DNA of 64,000 bases. Source: an uncultured Chloroflexia bacterium. Its GTDB lineage: Bacteria > Chloroflexota > Limnocylindria > Limnocylindrales > CSP1-4. The notes beneath the pieces were generated by a model. It was not told the DNA's origin. It worked only from the letters and a program-made list of their open reading frames with translations, and ran no database searches. The stretch covers positions 672,001-736,000 of the forward strand of contig CAVVJT010000004.1 of assembly GCA_963748625.1 (NCBI GenBank). The letters are read 5' to 3'. This document shows positions 1 through 12,102 of this stretch, in pieces. Made by a program: the position numbers and the translations under genes. Numbering within the stretch: position 1 is the first letter of the stretch; each line of letters begins with the position of its first letter.

Positions 1-2055
1 CGCCGTGTTGAGGTTGCTGGGGTCGATGGCCGAGAAGGCCGAGCAGAACGATCCGGGCTGGACGCCGCAGATGAAGTTGAGCCAGTCCGTGTACCCGGAG
101 TTGAAGACCAGGCCCGGGTCCATCGCGCTGTTCGGCTGGACGTGCCCCGCACCCTGGCGGAAGATCACGAGCGGATTGGTGTTCGGGCCGTCAAGGACGT
201 CGTAGCCCGTCGTCATAAGCGCCGACTTGATCATCATCGGCGTCCAGGTGGGCTTGAGCTCCTTGAACAGGGCGGCGAGGCCGGCCACGTGCGGGCTGGA
301 CATCGACGTGCCGCTGTAGAGGTCGAAGCTGCGGCCGGCGTTGCCTGGCGGCGCGACGGCGGCGAGGATGTCCTGGCCGGGGGCGATGAGGTCCGGCTTG
401 AGCAGGTCGCCGTTGCCGGCCTTCAGCGGGCCGCGGGACGAGAAGCTGGCCGTGAACGGCGCAGCGGCGTTGGTGACGATCGTGGCCTGGTTGATGGTCG
501 CCGTGGCACCCGGGGTGGCCGCGTACGCCTTGACGGCGGCGCGGTCGGTGCTCTGGAGGTGGACCGTCGGAACGAAGTGGAAGTCGGCGTTGATCGAGTT
601 GACGCTGGTGTTGACCAGGATCATGCCGACGCCGCCGGCCTCCTGGACGGCAAGGCTCTTGTTCACCCGTGCCGTCACGCCGCGGTCGCAGACCACGATC
701 TTGCCCGCGACCTTCGCGGGATCGAGGACGACGGAGCCGTCCGCCGCGCCATAGCAGAGTGCAAGCTCCCCCGGGTCGGCACCCGCCACGCCCGCGTCCA
801 TCGAGTCGATCAGCGGAGCGGGTCCGACAGGGGTCGCCACCGACGCGCCGTTGTACGTGACGCCGTTGCCGAGGGTCACGGAACCCGCGCCGTCACGGTT
901 GTGCGTGCCGGCCGCGACCGTGGTCAGCCAGGGGCCGGGATGGGCGACGGTGCTGGTGGTCGGGCCGCTGTTGCCGGCGGATGCGGCGACGAAGACGCCG
1001 GCATCAGCCGCGTACAGGAACGCGATCTCCACGGCGTCGCGGAAGTTGGTCTGCGAGCCGCTGACGGAGAAGTTGATGACGTCTACGCCGTCGGCGACCG
1101 CCTGGTCGATGGCGGCGACGCTGTCGCTGTTGAAGCAGCTGCCCGAGGTGCCGGGGACCGCCCAGCAGACCTTGTAGGCCGCGATGCGCGCACGCGGCGC
1201 GATGCCGCTGACGGACCCGAACACGGCTGCCGCGCCGGTTGTGGGGGTGTTCTGGTTGCCGCCGGCAGTGCTGGCGGTGTGGGTGCCGTGACCGCCGAAG
1301 TCGCGCGGCGAGTTGTATTCGTGCGGCAGCTGCTCATCGATGCCGGCGTTGCCGCCCCATCCCGCGTTGTAGTAGCGAGCGCCGATCAGCTTCTGGTTGC
1401 AGTTGCTGGCGGTGAACTGCTCGCCGGGGACGCATCGGCCGTGCCAGCCGGGGATCTGCTGGTAGCCGAGCTTGCCGTCCTTGGTCCCGTTGCCGTTGAC
1501 GCCGGTCCGGTCGGAGAACGAGGCGCTCTCGGGCCAGATCCCGCCATCGACGATGCCGATGATGACGTTCTCGCCCTTGGCCTGCGACCAGACGCCGCCC
1601 GGCGCGGTCAGGCCGAGGAAGGACGGCGTGGTAGCCGTGTCGAGCTCGCGCTTCGCGTCAGACGCGACAGCGAGGACGTCCGGGCGCGCTGCCAGCTTGT
1701 TGGCGTCGTCGGCGGTCAGGTTCGCGGCAAAGCCGTTGTAGCTGTAGACGTAGTCGTAGACCTTCTTGCCGCCAGTCGCAGCGAGCACCTTGTCGTGCTT
1801 GGTGGTCAGGAACTTGACGTAGGCGACCACGTCGGTGCTGAGCGGGTCGATCTTCTGACCGGGCTTCGGCCTAGTGGCCTTGAGGCCCTTGATGTCGCCC
1901 CGATACGCGACGACGGGATCGCCCGCCATCTGGACGATGTAGATGCCGTCCTTCGTGAACCCCTTGTCGGCAGACCACTTCGCCAGCGCGGACGTCGGGA
2001 ACAAGGCTGCCAGCAGCAGCACGCTGCCCAGCAGCGCCAGGAGTCTCCGGTTCAT
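1..2055 (-). CDS. Secreted S8 subtilase with I9 propeptide and PA domain, plant-subtilase (cucumisin)-like; 3' end runs off the window
   Basis: Translated by hand (absent from the ORF track because there is no stop in the window). ATG at 2055 after GGAGGAG; signal peptide MNRRLLALLGSVLLLAALFPTSALA; catalytic motifs IVDGG, HGTHTAST, GTSMSSPHVAG; AGHVQPNSAMDPGLVF. Confidence 0.93.
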   Translation of the reverse strand, partial: MNRRLLALLGSVLLLAALFPTSALAKWSADKGFTKDGIYIVQMAGDPVVAYRGDIKGLKATRPKPGQKIDPLSTDVVAYVKFLTTKHDKVLAATGGKKVYDYVYSYNGFAANLTADDANKLAARPDVLAVASDAKRELDTATTPSFLGLTAPGGVWSQAKGENVIIGIVDGGIWPESASFSDRTGVNGNGTKDGKLGYQQIPGWHGRCVPGEQFTASNCNQKLIGARYYNAGWGGNAGIDEQLPHEYNSPRDFGGHGTHTASTAGGNQNTPTTGAAAVFGSVSGIAPRARIAAYKVCWAVPGTSGSCFNSDSVAAIDQAVADGVDVINFSVSGSQTNFRDAVEIAFLYAADAGVFVAASAGNSGPTTSTVAHPGPWLTTVAAGTHNRDGAGSVTLGNGVTYNGASVATPVGPAPLIDSMDAGVAGADPGELALCYGAADGSVVLDPAKVAGKIVVCDRGVTARVNKSLAVQEAGGVGMILVNTSVNSINADFHFVPTVHLQSTDRAAVKAYAATPGATATINQATIVTNAAAPFTASFSSRGPLKAGNGDLLKPDLIAPGQDILAAVAPPGNAGRSFDLYSGTSMSSPHVAGLAALFKELKPTWTPMMIKSALMTTGYDVLDGPNTNPLVIFRQGAGHVQPNSAMDPGLVFNSGYTDWLNFICGVQPGSFCSAFSAIDPSNLNTA

Positions 2056-2245
2056 GCTCCTCCCATGGGCATCAGCCCACTTGCGGGGCGTGCCGCACTC
2101 CGGCACTCCCCTGCTCCTCCACCGTCCGGGACCCGGACGGGACCAGCCGACCCCGCCCTTCCTCGTGCGGGGTCGCGGCGGCGGACCGCCGCATCACACC
2201 GGATGCCCCCGGCACTCCCAGGGGCATCGGCGCTCGGTTGACGGG

Positions 2246-4468
2246 TTATTTGACCCGGGCGTACACCGCGGCGTGCGCCACCATGCCCGTGGCATCCGAG
2301 ATGACGAGCCAGGCCTGCTTGTCGCCGACCGCGGACCTCTTCGTGAACACGGCCTTGAGCGTGATCACGGCCGAGGCGCCCGCGTCGAGCGAGACGTTGG
2401 CGACGCTCGTGGAGAACGTCACGCCGTTGGGGGCCGCCCCGTACGGTGCGATCCCGACACTCCAGGTGGCCGCGGCATCGCCCGCATTGGTGATCCGCAC
2501 GGCGACCGTCTTCGTGACACCGGAGCCCGCGGGCGTCGCGCCGAAGCTGATGCTGACCGGGTCGAGCAGCGCCGTGGCACCGGCGGCGGATTCCAGGTTC
2601 ACGCGTCCCGCGCCGCCGATGAGGACGTCACTGACGGGACCGTCGAGCGTGTACGCCTGGAGGACGCCGGCGTCGGCGGAGTTGACCACCGCGGAGCGGA
2701 CAGCCCACGCAGGCCAGTCGGGATGCTGGGCCACGATGATCGCCGCGACGCCCGCCAGGTGCGGAGCCGCCATCGAGGTGCCCTGGTAGAACGCGAAGCA
2801 GTCGTCACCGTCGCAGCCCGCGGTGGGTACCGACGACAGCACGTTCACCCCAGGGGCGACCACGTCGGGCTTCACGCGGAAGTCGACGTCCGTGGGGCCC
2901 TGGCTGCTGAAGTCGCCCATGACGTCCGCGTCGAAGTACGGGTAGACGTAGGCCGGGGCGCCGATTGCCGCGGCGCTGCCGGCCGCAGCCTTGAACGCAT
3001 CGACGTCATCCATGCTGATCATGACGCCCGGGATTGTCGGATCGACAGGTGCAGCGCCCTTGCCCATGGCGATCGGCGCGCCGGCGAGCCGGTTGACGAC
3101 GATGGCCGCGGTGTACCCGGCCTGCTGGACGTTGTAGACCTTGAGGCTGAAGTCGCACACGCCACGCTGGATGAGCGCGAAGCTGTGGCTGTCCGGGGCC
3201 GCCGGCAGGGACGAGCAGGCGAGGTGCAGGCCCGACACACCGGTGTCGTCGGGGCTCCCCGAGCCGTTCAGCACGCGCAGCGTGCCCTCGAGCGGATAGG
3301 CATCCGGGACGCCGAAGTCACCGAGGACGCCCGAGGCAGCGGCAGCGCCGGCGGTGACCGGGCTGACGACCGCATGGTTGACCGTGGAGGCGCCGGCCGT
3401 GAGCGCGCGGGCCGCGGAGCCCGGCGAGCCCACCGTGTAGTGGCCCGGTCCCTCGTTGCCGGCCGAGATGGTGAACACCATGTTCGCCTTGTCGAGGTTG
3501 TCCACGGCGATCGTGAGGAGATCCTGGATGCCGTGCGCGTTGCCGCCAAGGCTCATGTTCACGATGTCCATGCCGTCCACGTAGGCGGCCTCGATCGCGT
3601 TGAGGATGTCCTCGCTTCGTGCGTTCTCGACATCGGCCGGGAAGACGTTGTAGTTGCCGAGAAGGGCCTTGGGGGCGACACCCGAGATGCCGTGCGGGAT
3701 CGCTGCGCCGCTCACCGACGCGCTGGTGTCCCAGTTGCAGGCGATGGTGCCGGCCACGTGGGTGCCGTGCGAATCGATCGCCTCAGCGGTGTACCCGCCC
3801 TTGCCGGCCTTGTTGTTGAAGACCCGGGCGACGATCACCTTGTTGTTGGTGAAGCGCTTGTCGCCCAGCTGCAGGTGGTTGTCGTACCCGAGGTCGGAGA
3901 AGCAGCTGTGCGTGATGTCGATGCCGGAGTCGATGACGCCGACCTTCACGCCGGCGCCGGCGTCCTCGGCGGTCATGCCCGCTTCGCCCCAGCCGGCCAC
4001 GGCGCTGATCGCGGCCAGGTCAGGGTCAACGTCGGCGGTCGGGTGGTAGAGGCCCTGGAACTGCACCTGCACCACGAGGTCGGAGGTGCGGATCTTGGCG
4101 AGGGAGGTGCCATTGAGCTTGACGGACACGGCGTTGAGGGCGAGATCGAAGCCCTTGACGACCTGCGCCTTGGGGGCATTCTTGCGCAGCCACGCCTTGA
4201 AATCGTTGCGCTGGGCCGCGAGCTGCGCCCGGTACGCCTTCACCTTGACGCTCGAGAAGTCCACCTTCTTGCCCTGGGACGGCCGCGTCTTGGCCGATGT
4301 GGCCAGGGGCGCGCCCTTGAGCTGGACGAGCGCGTACGCCTTGGCAACGGTGGGCTTGGCCGTCGTCCCGTCCACGAGACGGCCGTTGCTCACGGCGGCA
4401 CCTGCCGGCGCCGAGATGACCAGGGCGGCAGTCAGCGCCGCGGCAAGAGCGAGGCGGATGCGTCGCAC
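2246..4468 (-). CDS. Secreted Vpr-like S8 subtilase with PA domain
   Basis: GTG at 4468 after GGAGGG; signal peptide; VIDSG, HGTHVAG, GTSMAAPHLAG; PA domain ALIQRGVCDFSLKV. Confidence 0.93.
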   Translation of the reverse strand: MRRIRLALAAALTAALVISAPAGAAVSNGRLVDGTTAKPTVAKAYALVQLKGAPLATSAKTRPSQGKKVDFSSVKVKAYRAQLAAQRNDFKAWLRKNAPKAQVVKGFDLALNAVSVKLNGTSLAKIRTSDLVVQVQFQGLYHPTADVDPDLAAISAVAGWGEAGMTAEDAGAGVKVGVIDSGIDITHSCFSDLGYDNHLQLGDKRFTNNKVIVARVFNNKAGKGGYTAEAIDSHGTHVAGTIACNWDTSASVSGAAIPHGISGVAPKALLGNYNVFPADVENARSEDILNAIEAAYVDGMDIVNMSLGGNAHGIQDLLTIAVDNLDKANMVFTISAGNEGPGHYTVGSPGSAARALTAGASTVNHAVVSPVTAGAAAASGVLGDFGVPDAYPLEGTLRVLNGSGSPDDTGVSGLHLACSSLPAAPDSHSFALIQRGVCDFSLKVYNVQQAGYTAAIVVNRLAGAPIAMGKGAAPVDPTIPGVMISMDDVDAFKAAAGSAAAIGAPAYVYPYFDADVMGDFSSQGPTDVDFRVKPDVVAPGVNVLSSVPTAGCDGDDCFAFYQGTSMAAPHLAGVAAIIVAQHPDWPAWAVRSAVVNSADAGVLQAYTLDGPVSDVLIGGAGRVNLESAAGATALLDPVSISFGATPAGSGVTKTVAVRITNAGDAAATWSVGIAPYGAAPNGVTFSTSVANVSLDAGASAVITLKAVFTKRSAVGDKQAWLVISDATGMVAHAAVYARVK

Positions 4469-4687
4469 GATAGGGCCCTCCAGGAGCCGGGACCGGGGGA
4501 CGGACGGGCCTCCCCGGGATCGGCGGTGTAAGGCGCAGCGTAATGCAAATGGGCGAGACGGGAAACCCGGATGATTGGGCACGGTGGTGCATCCGGGAAC
4601 CACATCCTGGTCGTCCTCAGAGGCCCCGGACATGGTGTCGCCCGGGGCCGATGGCTCCGGGCGACGGAGACGCGCAGCGGGTGGCCG

Positions 4688-5743
<1,056 letters not shown>

Positions 5744-6856
5744 TCACGTGCCGCCCAGGAACCCTCCGTAGTCGAGCCGGCGGTAGTCACGCTCGCAGGG
5801 CTGACCATCCGCAAGCCACATCGTCCGGGTGTCAAGATCGTAGATGACGGACGCGACGGTCATGTCGCGCTCAGGCTCGGGGAGCGCAACGTCCTGGTGG
5901 GCGCAGATCCCTGAGGGCGCGTTCACGTGATCACGCAGCAGCGCCTGGAGGCCGGCCGGGTGAACGCCGCCGCGTGCTGCGCCAAGCAGGTCCATGGCAC
6001 GCCGCAGACGGAACGGGCTGTCGGGGCTGTACCACCGCATCACGTCCTTGCGGCCGGTCTCCACCGTGTAGTGGTTGGTGTGCGCGACATGGTCCGGGTC
6101 GGGCCAGGCCAGCCAGACGTTCGCGTGGTCGCCCGGCGCGGTCTCGATGTCGACCGCCATGCCGTCGCTGCTCGCGACGAGGTAGTTCGCGGACGAGGCG
6201 CGGACGTGGCGCTGGACGGCATCGAGCGCGTCGGGAAGGGTCTTGGCGTCGAGGATGGCGCGCAGGATCACGTGGTACGGCAGGCCATGGTCGCCCCGGT
6301 CCAGGTCCGAGACCAGCGAGTTGGCGCACAGGCCGATGCCGTGCGAGTTCATCCCCGTCTTGGCCAGCAGGCCAGCCTCCACCACGGTCACGTACCGCGG
6401 GCCCTCGTCCTGGACGGCCTCGAGCACGACCGTGGTGTCCATGCAGCCGGGCTTCCAGTCCCAGTTCTGGCCCAGCAGCGTGTGGCCTCCCGCCGATCCC
6501 GATGGAAGGACCGCGAAGGAGGTGCACTCCCCTGTCCGGGCAGCACGACGCGCGACCGCCGCGAACATGATCTCCGTCCGGACATTGAGGGCCAGGATGT
6601 CCTCGAAGGTCAGGCCGGCCCCCTCCGCGATCCCCGCCATCTCGTCGAGGTATCGGGGATGGACGGCCTCGATCGAGGGCTGGTACGTCGCGGCATGCCG
6701 CGTCACGGTGTCCCAATCCCAGCCGGCGAAATGGGAGAACACCGTGCGGTACAGGTCCACGCTGGCGTGCACGCGGTCACGGGCAAGCCCGCCGTACTGG
6801 CGGCCGCGCTCGCGTGGACCTCCGGTCACCCGGACATGCGGGAAGTGGTCGGCCAT
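5744..6856 (-). CDS. C45 family Ntn hydrolase (acyl-CoA:isopenicillin N acyltransferase-like)
   Basis: LNVRTE, ECTSF (autoproteolytic Cys), GQNWDW, HTNHY; TACACT 6 nt before the ATG. Confidence 0.88.
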   Translation of the reverse strand: MADHFPHVRVTGGPRERGRQYGGLARDRVHASVDLYRTVFSHFAGWDWDTVTRHAATYQPSIEAVHPRYLDEMAGIAEGAGLTFEDILALNVRTEIMFAAVARRAARTGECTSFAVLPSGSAGGHTLLGQNWDWKPGCMDTTVVLEAVQDEGPRYVTVVEAGLLAKTGMNSHGIGLCANSLVSDLDRGDHGLPYHVILRAILDAKTLPDALDAVQRHVRASSANYLVASSDGMAVDIETAPGDHANVWLAWPDPDHVAHTNHYTVETGRKDVMRWYSPDSPFRLRRAMDLLGAARGGVHPAGLQALLRDHVNAPSGICAHQDVALPEPERDMTVASVIYDLDTRTMWLADGQPCERDYRRLDYGGFLGGT

Positions 6857-6996
6857 CGGTCGAGTGTAGCGAGCGCTGCGTCCCCCGCGACCGCGGACAC
6901 ACAGGACGCTGGGCACGCACGGGCCGCCGTTGCGGGACGGTCCGGCCACCCGGACAATGGACCCATGCCCCACGTTTCCGGCCTGACCGTCAATCG

Positions 6997-7518
6997 GTGA
7001 GCCGCCCGTTCCACGTCACCGACGACGGCGCGGACGCAGCGACAGCCCTCCGCGCCCAGCGCCGACGCCTCGAGGAGGACGGTTGGGCGGTGGTGGACGG
7101 CCTCGACGCCCGGCCTCCGCTCGCGCGGGCGGTCCTGGCGGGTGAGGTCGCCACGCCTCGCGACGCCACGTCAGCCCTGCTCGCAGCCCTCGACGGGTAC
7201 GGCCTCCTGCTGCTCCTGACCGCGGACACCGACACCCGCGAGCGGCTCATCGACGATCTGCGGCGGGTTGGGCCGGTGGAGCATCGCGAGGCTGCCCTGA
7301 CCGCCGCTCCCGGGCCGGAGGAGCTCTCGGAGGACGGCCGCGCGATCCTGGCGTTGCTCGCCGAGGGCTACACCCTCGGTGAGGCGGCTGCGCGCCTCGC
7401 CCTCAGCCGCCGGACCGCCGACCGGCGCCTCAGCGAGGCGCGGCAGGCCCTCGGTGTGACGAGGACCACCGAGGCCATCGCGATCGCCGCGCGCCGCGGC
7501 CTGCTCCGGCCGCGCTGA
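6997..7518 (+). CDS. Small LuxR/GerE-type HTH regulator with an atypical N-terminal domain
   Basis: C-terminal [45 protein letters not shown]; start codon uncertain. Confidence 0.8.
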   Translation: MSRPFHVTDDGADAATALRAQRRRLEEDGWAVVDGLDARPPLARAVLAGEVATPRDATSALLAALDGYGLLLLLTADTDTRERLIDDLRRVGPVEHREAALTAAPGPEELSEDGRAILALLAEGYTLGEAAARLALSRRTADRRLSEARQALGVTRTTEAIAIAARRGLLRPR

Positions 7519-7553
7519 CCCCCACCGGCCGCGCTGACCCCGGGGGACAGGCA

Positions 7554-7584
7554 ACGGCCCCGTCCGGGAACCGGACGGGGCCGT
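7554..7584. terminator. GC-rich hairpin between convergent genes
   Basis: ACGGCCCCGTCCGG-GAA-CCGGACGGGGCCGT, perfect 14-bp stem. Confidence 0.75.
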
Positions 7585-7626
7585 CGGGCTGGCGCGGGAG
7601 GGGCGTCGCCGACCGGGGTCGGCCGG

Positions 7627-9216
7627 TCAGTCGACCAGGAGGTCGGCGTCGAGGCGGATCGGGCCGGCCTCGCGGACGGCCTCGGACACGCCGTCGGCGT
7701 ACTTCTTGAAGTTCTCGTGGAACATCGCGGCGATCTTGCGCGCCGTCCGGTCGTAGGCGTCCTTGTCGGCCCAGGTGTTGCGCGGCAGGAGCACCTCGTC
7801 GGGCACGCCCGGCACGCTGGTGGGGACCATCACGTTGAAGATCGGGTCCATCACGAACTCGGCGTTGTCGAGCTCCCCGTTGATGGCAGCGCGGGCCATG
7901 TTCCGGGTGTGGTTGATGTTCATCCGGTGACCGGTGCCGTACGGGCCGCCGGTCCAGCCGGTGTTGATCAGCCAGACGGGCACGTCGTACGTGTCGAGGC
8001 GGTCCATGAGCATGTGGGCGTACTCGCCCGGGTGGCGGGGCAGGAACGGCTGGCCGAAGCCCGGCGGAGAACGTGGCCGACGGCTCCATCACACCGACCT
8101 CGGTGCCGGCAAGCTTCGCCGTGTAGCCGCTGATGAAGTGGTACGCCGCCTGCTCCGGCGTCAGCTTCGAGATGGGAGGCAGCACGCCGAACGCGTCGGC
8201 CGTGAGGAAGACGACGTTCTTGGGGCCGGGGGCGACGCCCGTGGGATCCGCGTTGCCGATGAAGTGGAGCGGGTACGCCGCCCGGGTGTTCTCCGTGAAG
8301 CGCTCGGAGTCGAGGTCGAGGTCCCGGGTGCCCTCGGTGAAGTCCGTGTTCTCCAGGATCGTGCCGAAGCGCTTCGTGGTGGCGAAGATGTCCGGCTCGT
8401 ACATCGGCGAGAGGCGGATGGTCTTGGCGTAGCAGCCACCCTCGAAGTTGAAGGTGTAGCCCTCGCCCCAGCCGTGCTCGTCGTCGCCGATGAGCGAGCG
8501 GAGCGGATCGGCCGAGAGGGTGGTCTTCCCCGTGCCCGAGAGGCCGAAGAAGATGCAGGCGTCGCCGCCGGGCCCACGTTGATGCTGGAGTGCATCGGGA
8601 GGACCTTCTCGTCCGGCATGAGGTAGTTCATGACGGTGAAGGCCGACTTCTTGATCTCGCCCGCGTACTTGGTGCCGACGATGATGATCTCCATCCGCTT
8701 GAGGTGGAGCAGGATCGCCGTGCTGGACTGCGGACGCCCTCGGTCGCAGGATCGGCCTGGAACGAGGGCACGTTGATGATCGTGAAGTTCGGGACGAACG
8801 TCGCGAGGTCCTCGCGCGCCGGCCGCCGGAACAGGTTCCGGGCGAAGATCGAGGCCCAGGCGGTCTCGGTGTAGACGCGGAGGCTGCGGCGATGCTCCAG
8901 GTGCGCGCCGATGTACATGTCCTGCGCGTACAGGCGCTTGTCGGCCACGTACGTCGACGAGGCGGGCGCGGAGCCTGTCGTAGTGCTCCTCGGACAGCTC
9001 GTGGTTGACCTCGCCCCACCAGACCTTGTCCTGGCTCCAGGGCTCCTTGACGACGAACTTGTCCTTGGGCGAGCGGCCGGTGTGGGGTCCGGTGCGGACG
9101 ACGAGCGGACCCTCGGCGGCAAGCTGGCCCTCGTCCTCGCGCAGGGAGCGCTCGTACAGCTCGGCGACGGACAGGTTGGCGACGACGCTGCCGCCGATCT
9201 GGCTGGGAGACGTCAT
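7627..9216 (-). CDS. pckA: Phosphoenolpyruvate carboxykinase (ATP); about 4 frameshifts, probably sequencing errors
   Basis: [60 protein letters not shown] spread over several frames. Confidence 0.93.
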
Positions 9217-9547
9217 GACCACGCGGATACCTCGGCTGCGGGGCGGGCGCGAACGCCCGCGGACTTCCCGTGACCGGCCGCGCGTGACGGGGCCCGTGGG
9301 GACCCGGGAGTCGGCTTCCGCAGTCAAGGTCGCGATTCGGTTGCGCGCATTCTACCGCTCGAGGCAACCCCGCACCGGGTGGGCCGTTCCGCCTGTCGGC
9401 GCGGCCCCGACCGGACCGTCCGCATGTCCGTCCGGCAGGCCCGGGGGCAGGCCCGGCGGGCCGGCCGTGCCGGCGGCCCCTGCGCCGTGCTCGATCGCCG
9501 GATTGCACCGCGCCGCACCGCGACACGTCCCGGCCACCTGCCGCACC

Positions 9548-12064
9548 ATGACGGCATGGACAACCGCGCGAACTCCGGTCATCCTGGGTCGTGACCAGGT
9601 CCGCGCGCTGGTCGCCGATGCCCTCGCGTCGGACCGGCCCGTCCTCCTGACCGGCGAGGCGGGCATCGGCAAGACGACCGTGGCGCGCGCGGCCATCAGC
9701 CGACGCAGGGCGCGGTGCCTGGCACGGGGCGGGCTTCGCGACGCTCTCGGCCATGCCCTACACGGCGCTGCGGCTCGCACTCGGATCGCCGGTTGCGGGT
9801 GCACCGGGCGAGGTCGCGGCTCGCGTGGAGTCGGTCGTGGGCAACGACGTCCTCCTGCTCGACGACCTGCAGTGGGTGGACCGCGACACCATGGCGGTGG
9901 TCCAGCTGCTTGCCGGCCGGGTGGCCATGGTGGCCACGGCGCGCACGGGCGACGCCGCCTTCATCACCGGACCGGCAGGTGCCGCGGTGGTCCACGTGCG
10001 GCTCGATCCGCTGGCGGCCGAGGAGGCGGCGGCGATCGTGCGCCGAGCCCGCCCGACCTGGCCGCCGGCGGCCGTCCGGCGCGTGCTCGACCGCGCGGGC
10101 GGCAACCCGCTGCTCCTCGAGGAGCTCGCCCGCGATGGCCGGGAGTCCGCCACGATCGCCCGGGCACTCACCAGTCACCTGGCACGGGCATCAGCTCCCG
10201 CCCGCCAGGCGCTCGGCCGCCTGGCCGTGGCGGACCGGCCCCTGCCCGTCTCGGCCGCGGGCGCGTCGCTCGCGGAGCTGCTGGACCTTGCCCTGGTCGT
10301 CCGGACGGGCGAGGAGGTCGCCATCCGTCACGCCCTCATCGCCGAGGCGATGCTCGCGGACCTGGGCGATGACGAACGCCGGAACGCGCACCTCGAGGTC
10401 GCCGCGATCGTCACGGCCGACGTGGATGTCGCGCTCCACCTCGCCCGCGGCGGCCGGACGACGGAGGCCGTGGCCACCGCCCTCCGCGCCGCCGGCGGGA
10501 CGCACCGATCTACGCACCCGTGCCGCGCTGCTGCGGATCGCCGCGGAGGCCGCCACCGGCGCCGGGCTCGCTCGCCATCCGGGCGCAGGCTGCGGAGGCG
10601 GCGCTTGACCTCGACGACCTTGACAGCGCCGCAGCCCTGCTCGACTGGCATCGGCGCGGACGACCCGGACACCGAGGTGAACACCCAGGTCCTGCAGCTG
10701 GCCATGAGCACCTGGGACCGGCGTGGGGAGATGGCGCGCGCCGAGGCGGCCTGGGAGGAGGCACGCGCGCTTGCCGGTGAACCCGTCCGGGCCGGGTGGC
10801 AAGGGTCCTGGCGACGGATCGTGCCGTGATGCTGGCCAACCTCGGGCGGGTCGACGAGGCGATCGCGCTGGTCGACGCCGCGGACAGGGCCGACGTGCGG
10901 CGCGAGCCGGACAACGTGGTGGCCCGGGCCAACCTGTGCTCGCTGCTGCGGTTCTTCAAGGGCGAGGACGTCCCGCTCGAGGACCTCGAGGCATGGGCCG
11001 AGGAGGCTGTCCGCGGACGCCAGCCGGGGGCGTCGGCCCGAGTGACCAACGTCTACAGCGTGACCCTCGCGATGCGCGGCCCGGCCGCGGCGCTGGCCTT
11101 CATCGACACCTGGGCGCCCCGGCTCCAGGCCATCGGGGTGGACCCCGTGCGGCTCGTTGTCGAACGGGTGCAGGCTCTGCTGTTCACCGGTCGGCCGGCC
11201 GACGCCGTGGTCGCAGCGGACGACCTCCTGGAGCGTCCCCTCCCGACGACCTTCGTGGGCGTGACGCTGATCGCCCGCGCGGAGGCCTGCTGCCAGATGG
11301 GCCGCTTCGCCGATGCGGAGGCCTCGCTGCGCCGGGCGGAGCCGTACATCACCGACGACTGGAGCAGCCGCGGCGAATCGCTCACGACGGCGGCGCATGT
11401 CGCACTGCTCGCGGGGAGACCCCGCGAGGCGATCGCCCTGGCCGAGTCCGCGATGGCCGTGCCGACGCACTATGCGGGCAACTACCAGCTCACGGCACTG
11501 ATCCGCGCGTGGGCACAGGTTGAGCTCGGCGTCCCGCCGTCACCGCTGCCCGAGGCGACCGCCTCGTGGGTCCGCGACGCAGCCACTGCGGAGATGGCGG
11601 TCCCTCGCGATCTCCGCCGACGGCCGCGCGGCGATGGCGATGTTCGACGATGCCGCGGCCGCCTGGGGCGGCAACCTCGTCGGGCGCCGGCTGGTCTGCG
11701 CGTGGGGTGCCGGCGAGGCGGCCCGTCGGGCAGGCGACCCGTCGACCGTGGACCGCCTGCGCGCCGTGCTGGACGCCGCGGAGGCCGGCGGCTACGAGCC
11801 GGTGGCGGCGCGCGTGCGGCGGTCCCTGCGGCTCGCCGGCATCCGGGTCAGCCGTCGCTCGACAACTGGCGCGGACAGCCTCCTGACCGCCCGCGAGCGG
11901 GAGATCCTCGATCTCGTCGCAGGCGGCCACTCGAACATCGAGATCGCCCGCCGGATGGGCCTCGGCAGGCCGACCGTCACCCGCATGCTCTCGAGCGCCA
12001 TGGCCAAGCTGGGCGCGGAGTACGCGGGCCCATGCGGTGACGCCTTGCCCAGCGCCACGGCTGA
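9548..12064 (+). CDS. MalT/LAL-family STAND AAA ATPase with C-terminal LuxR HTH; multiply frameshifted
   Basis: Walker [10 protein letters not shown], Walker [28 protein letters not shown], helical repeats, [26 protein letters not shown]; ends approximate. Confidence 0.85.
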
Positions 12065-12102
12065 GCCTGCCGCGGACCGCGCGGATACGGACTCGTCCAG
12101 CC

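Noticed and set aside
142-4531. Long + strand ORFs (699 aa and 862 aa)
   Set aside because: Antisense shadows of the two subtilase genes, common in high-GC DNA; no recognisable motifs.
4470-4687. Riboswitch upstream of the Vpr-like protease
   Set aside because: No c-di-AMP, c-di-GMP, SAM or TPP consensus could be recognised; it looks like a terminator plus promoter.
7627-9216. pckA as a pseudogene or programmed frameshift
   Set aside because: All catalytic motifs are intact, there are no slippery sites, and neighbouring genes show the same indel pattern.
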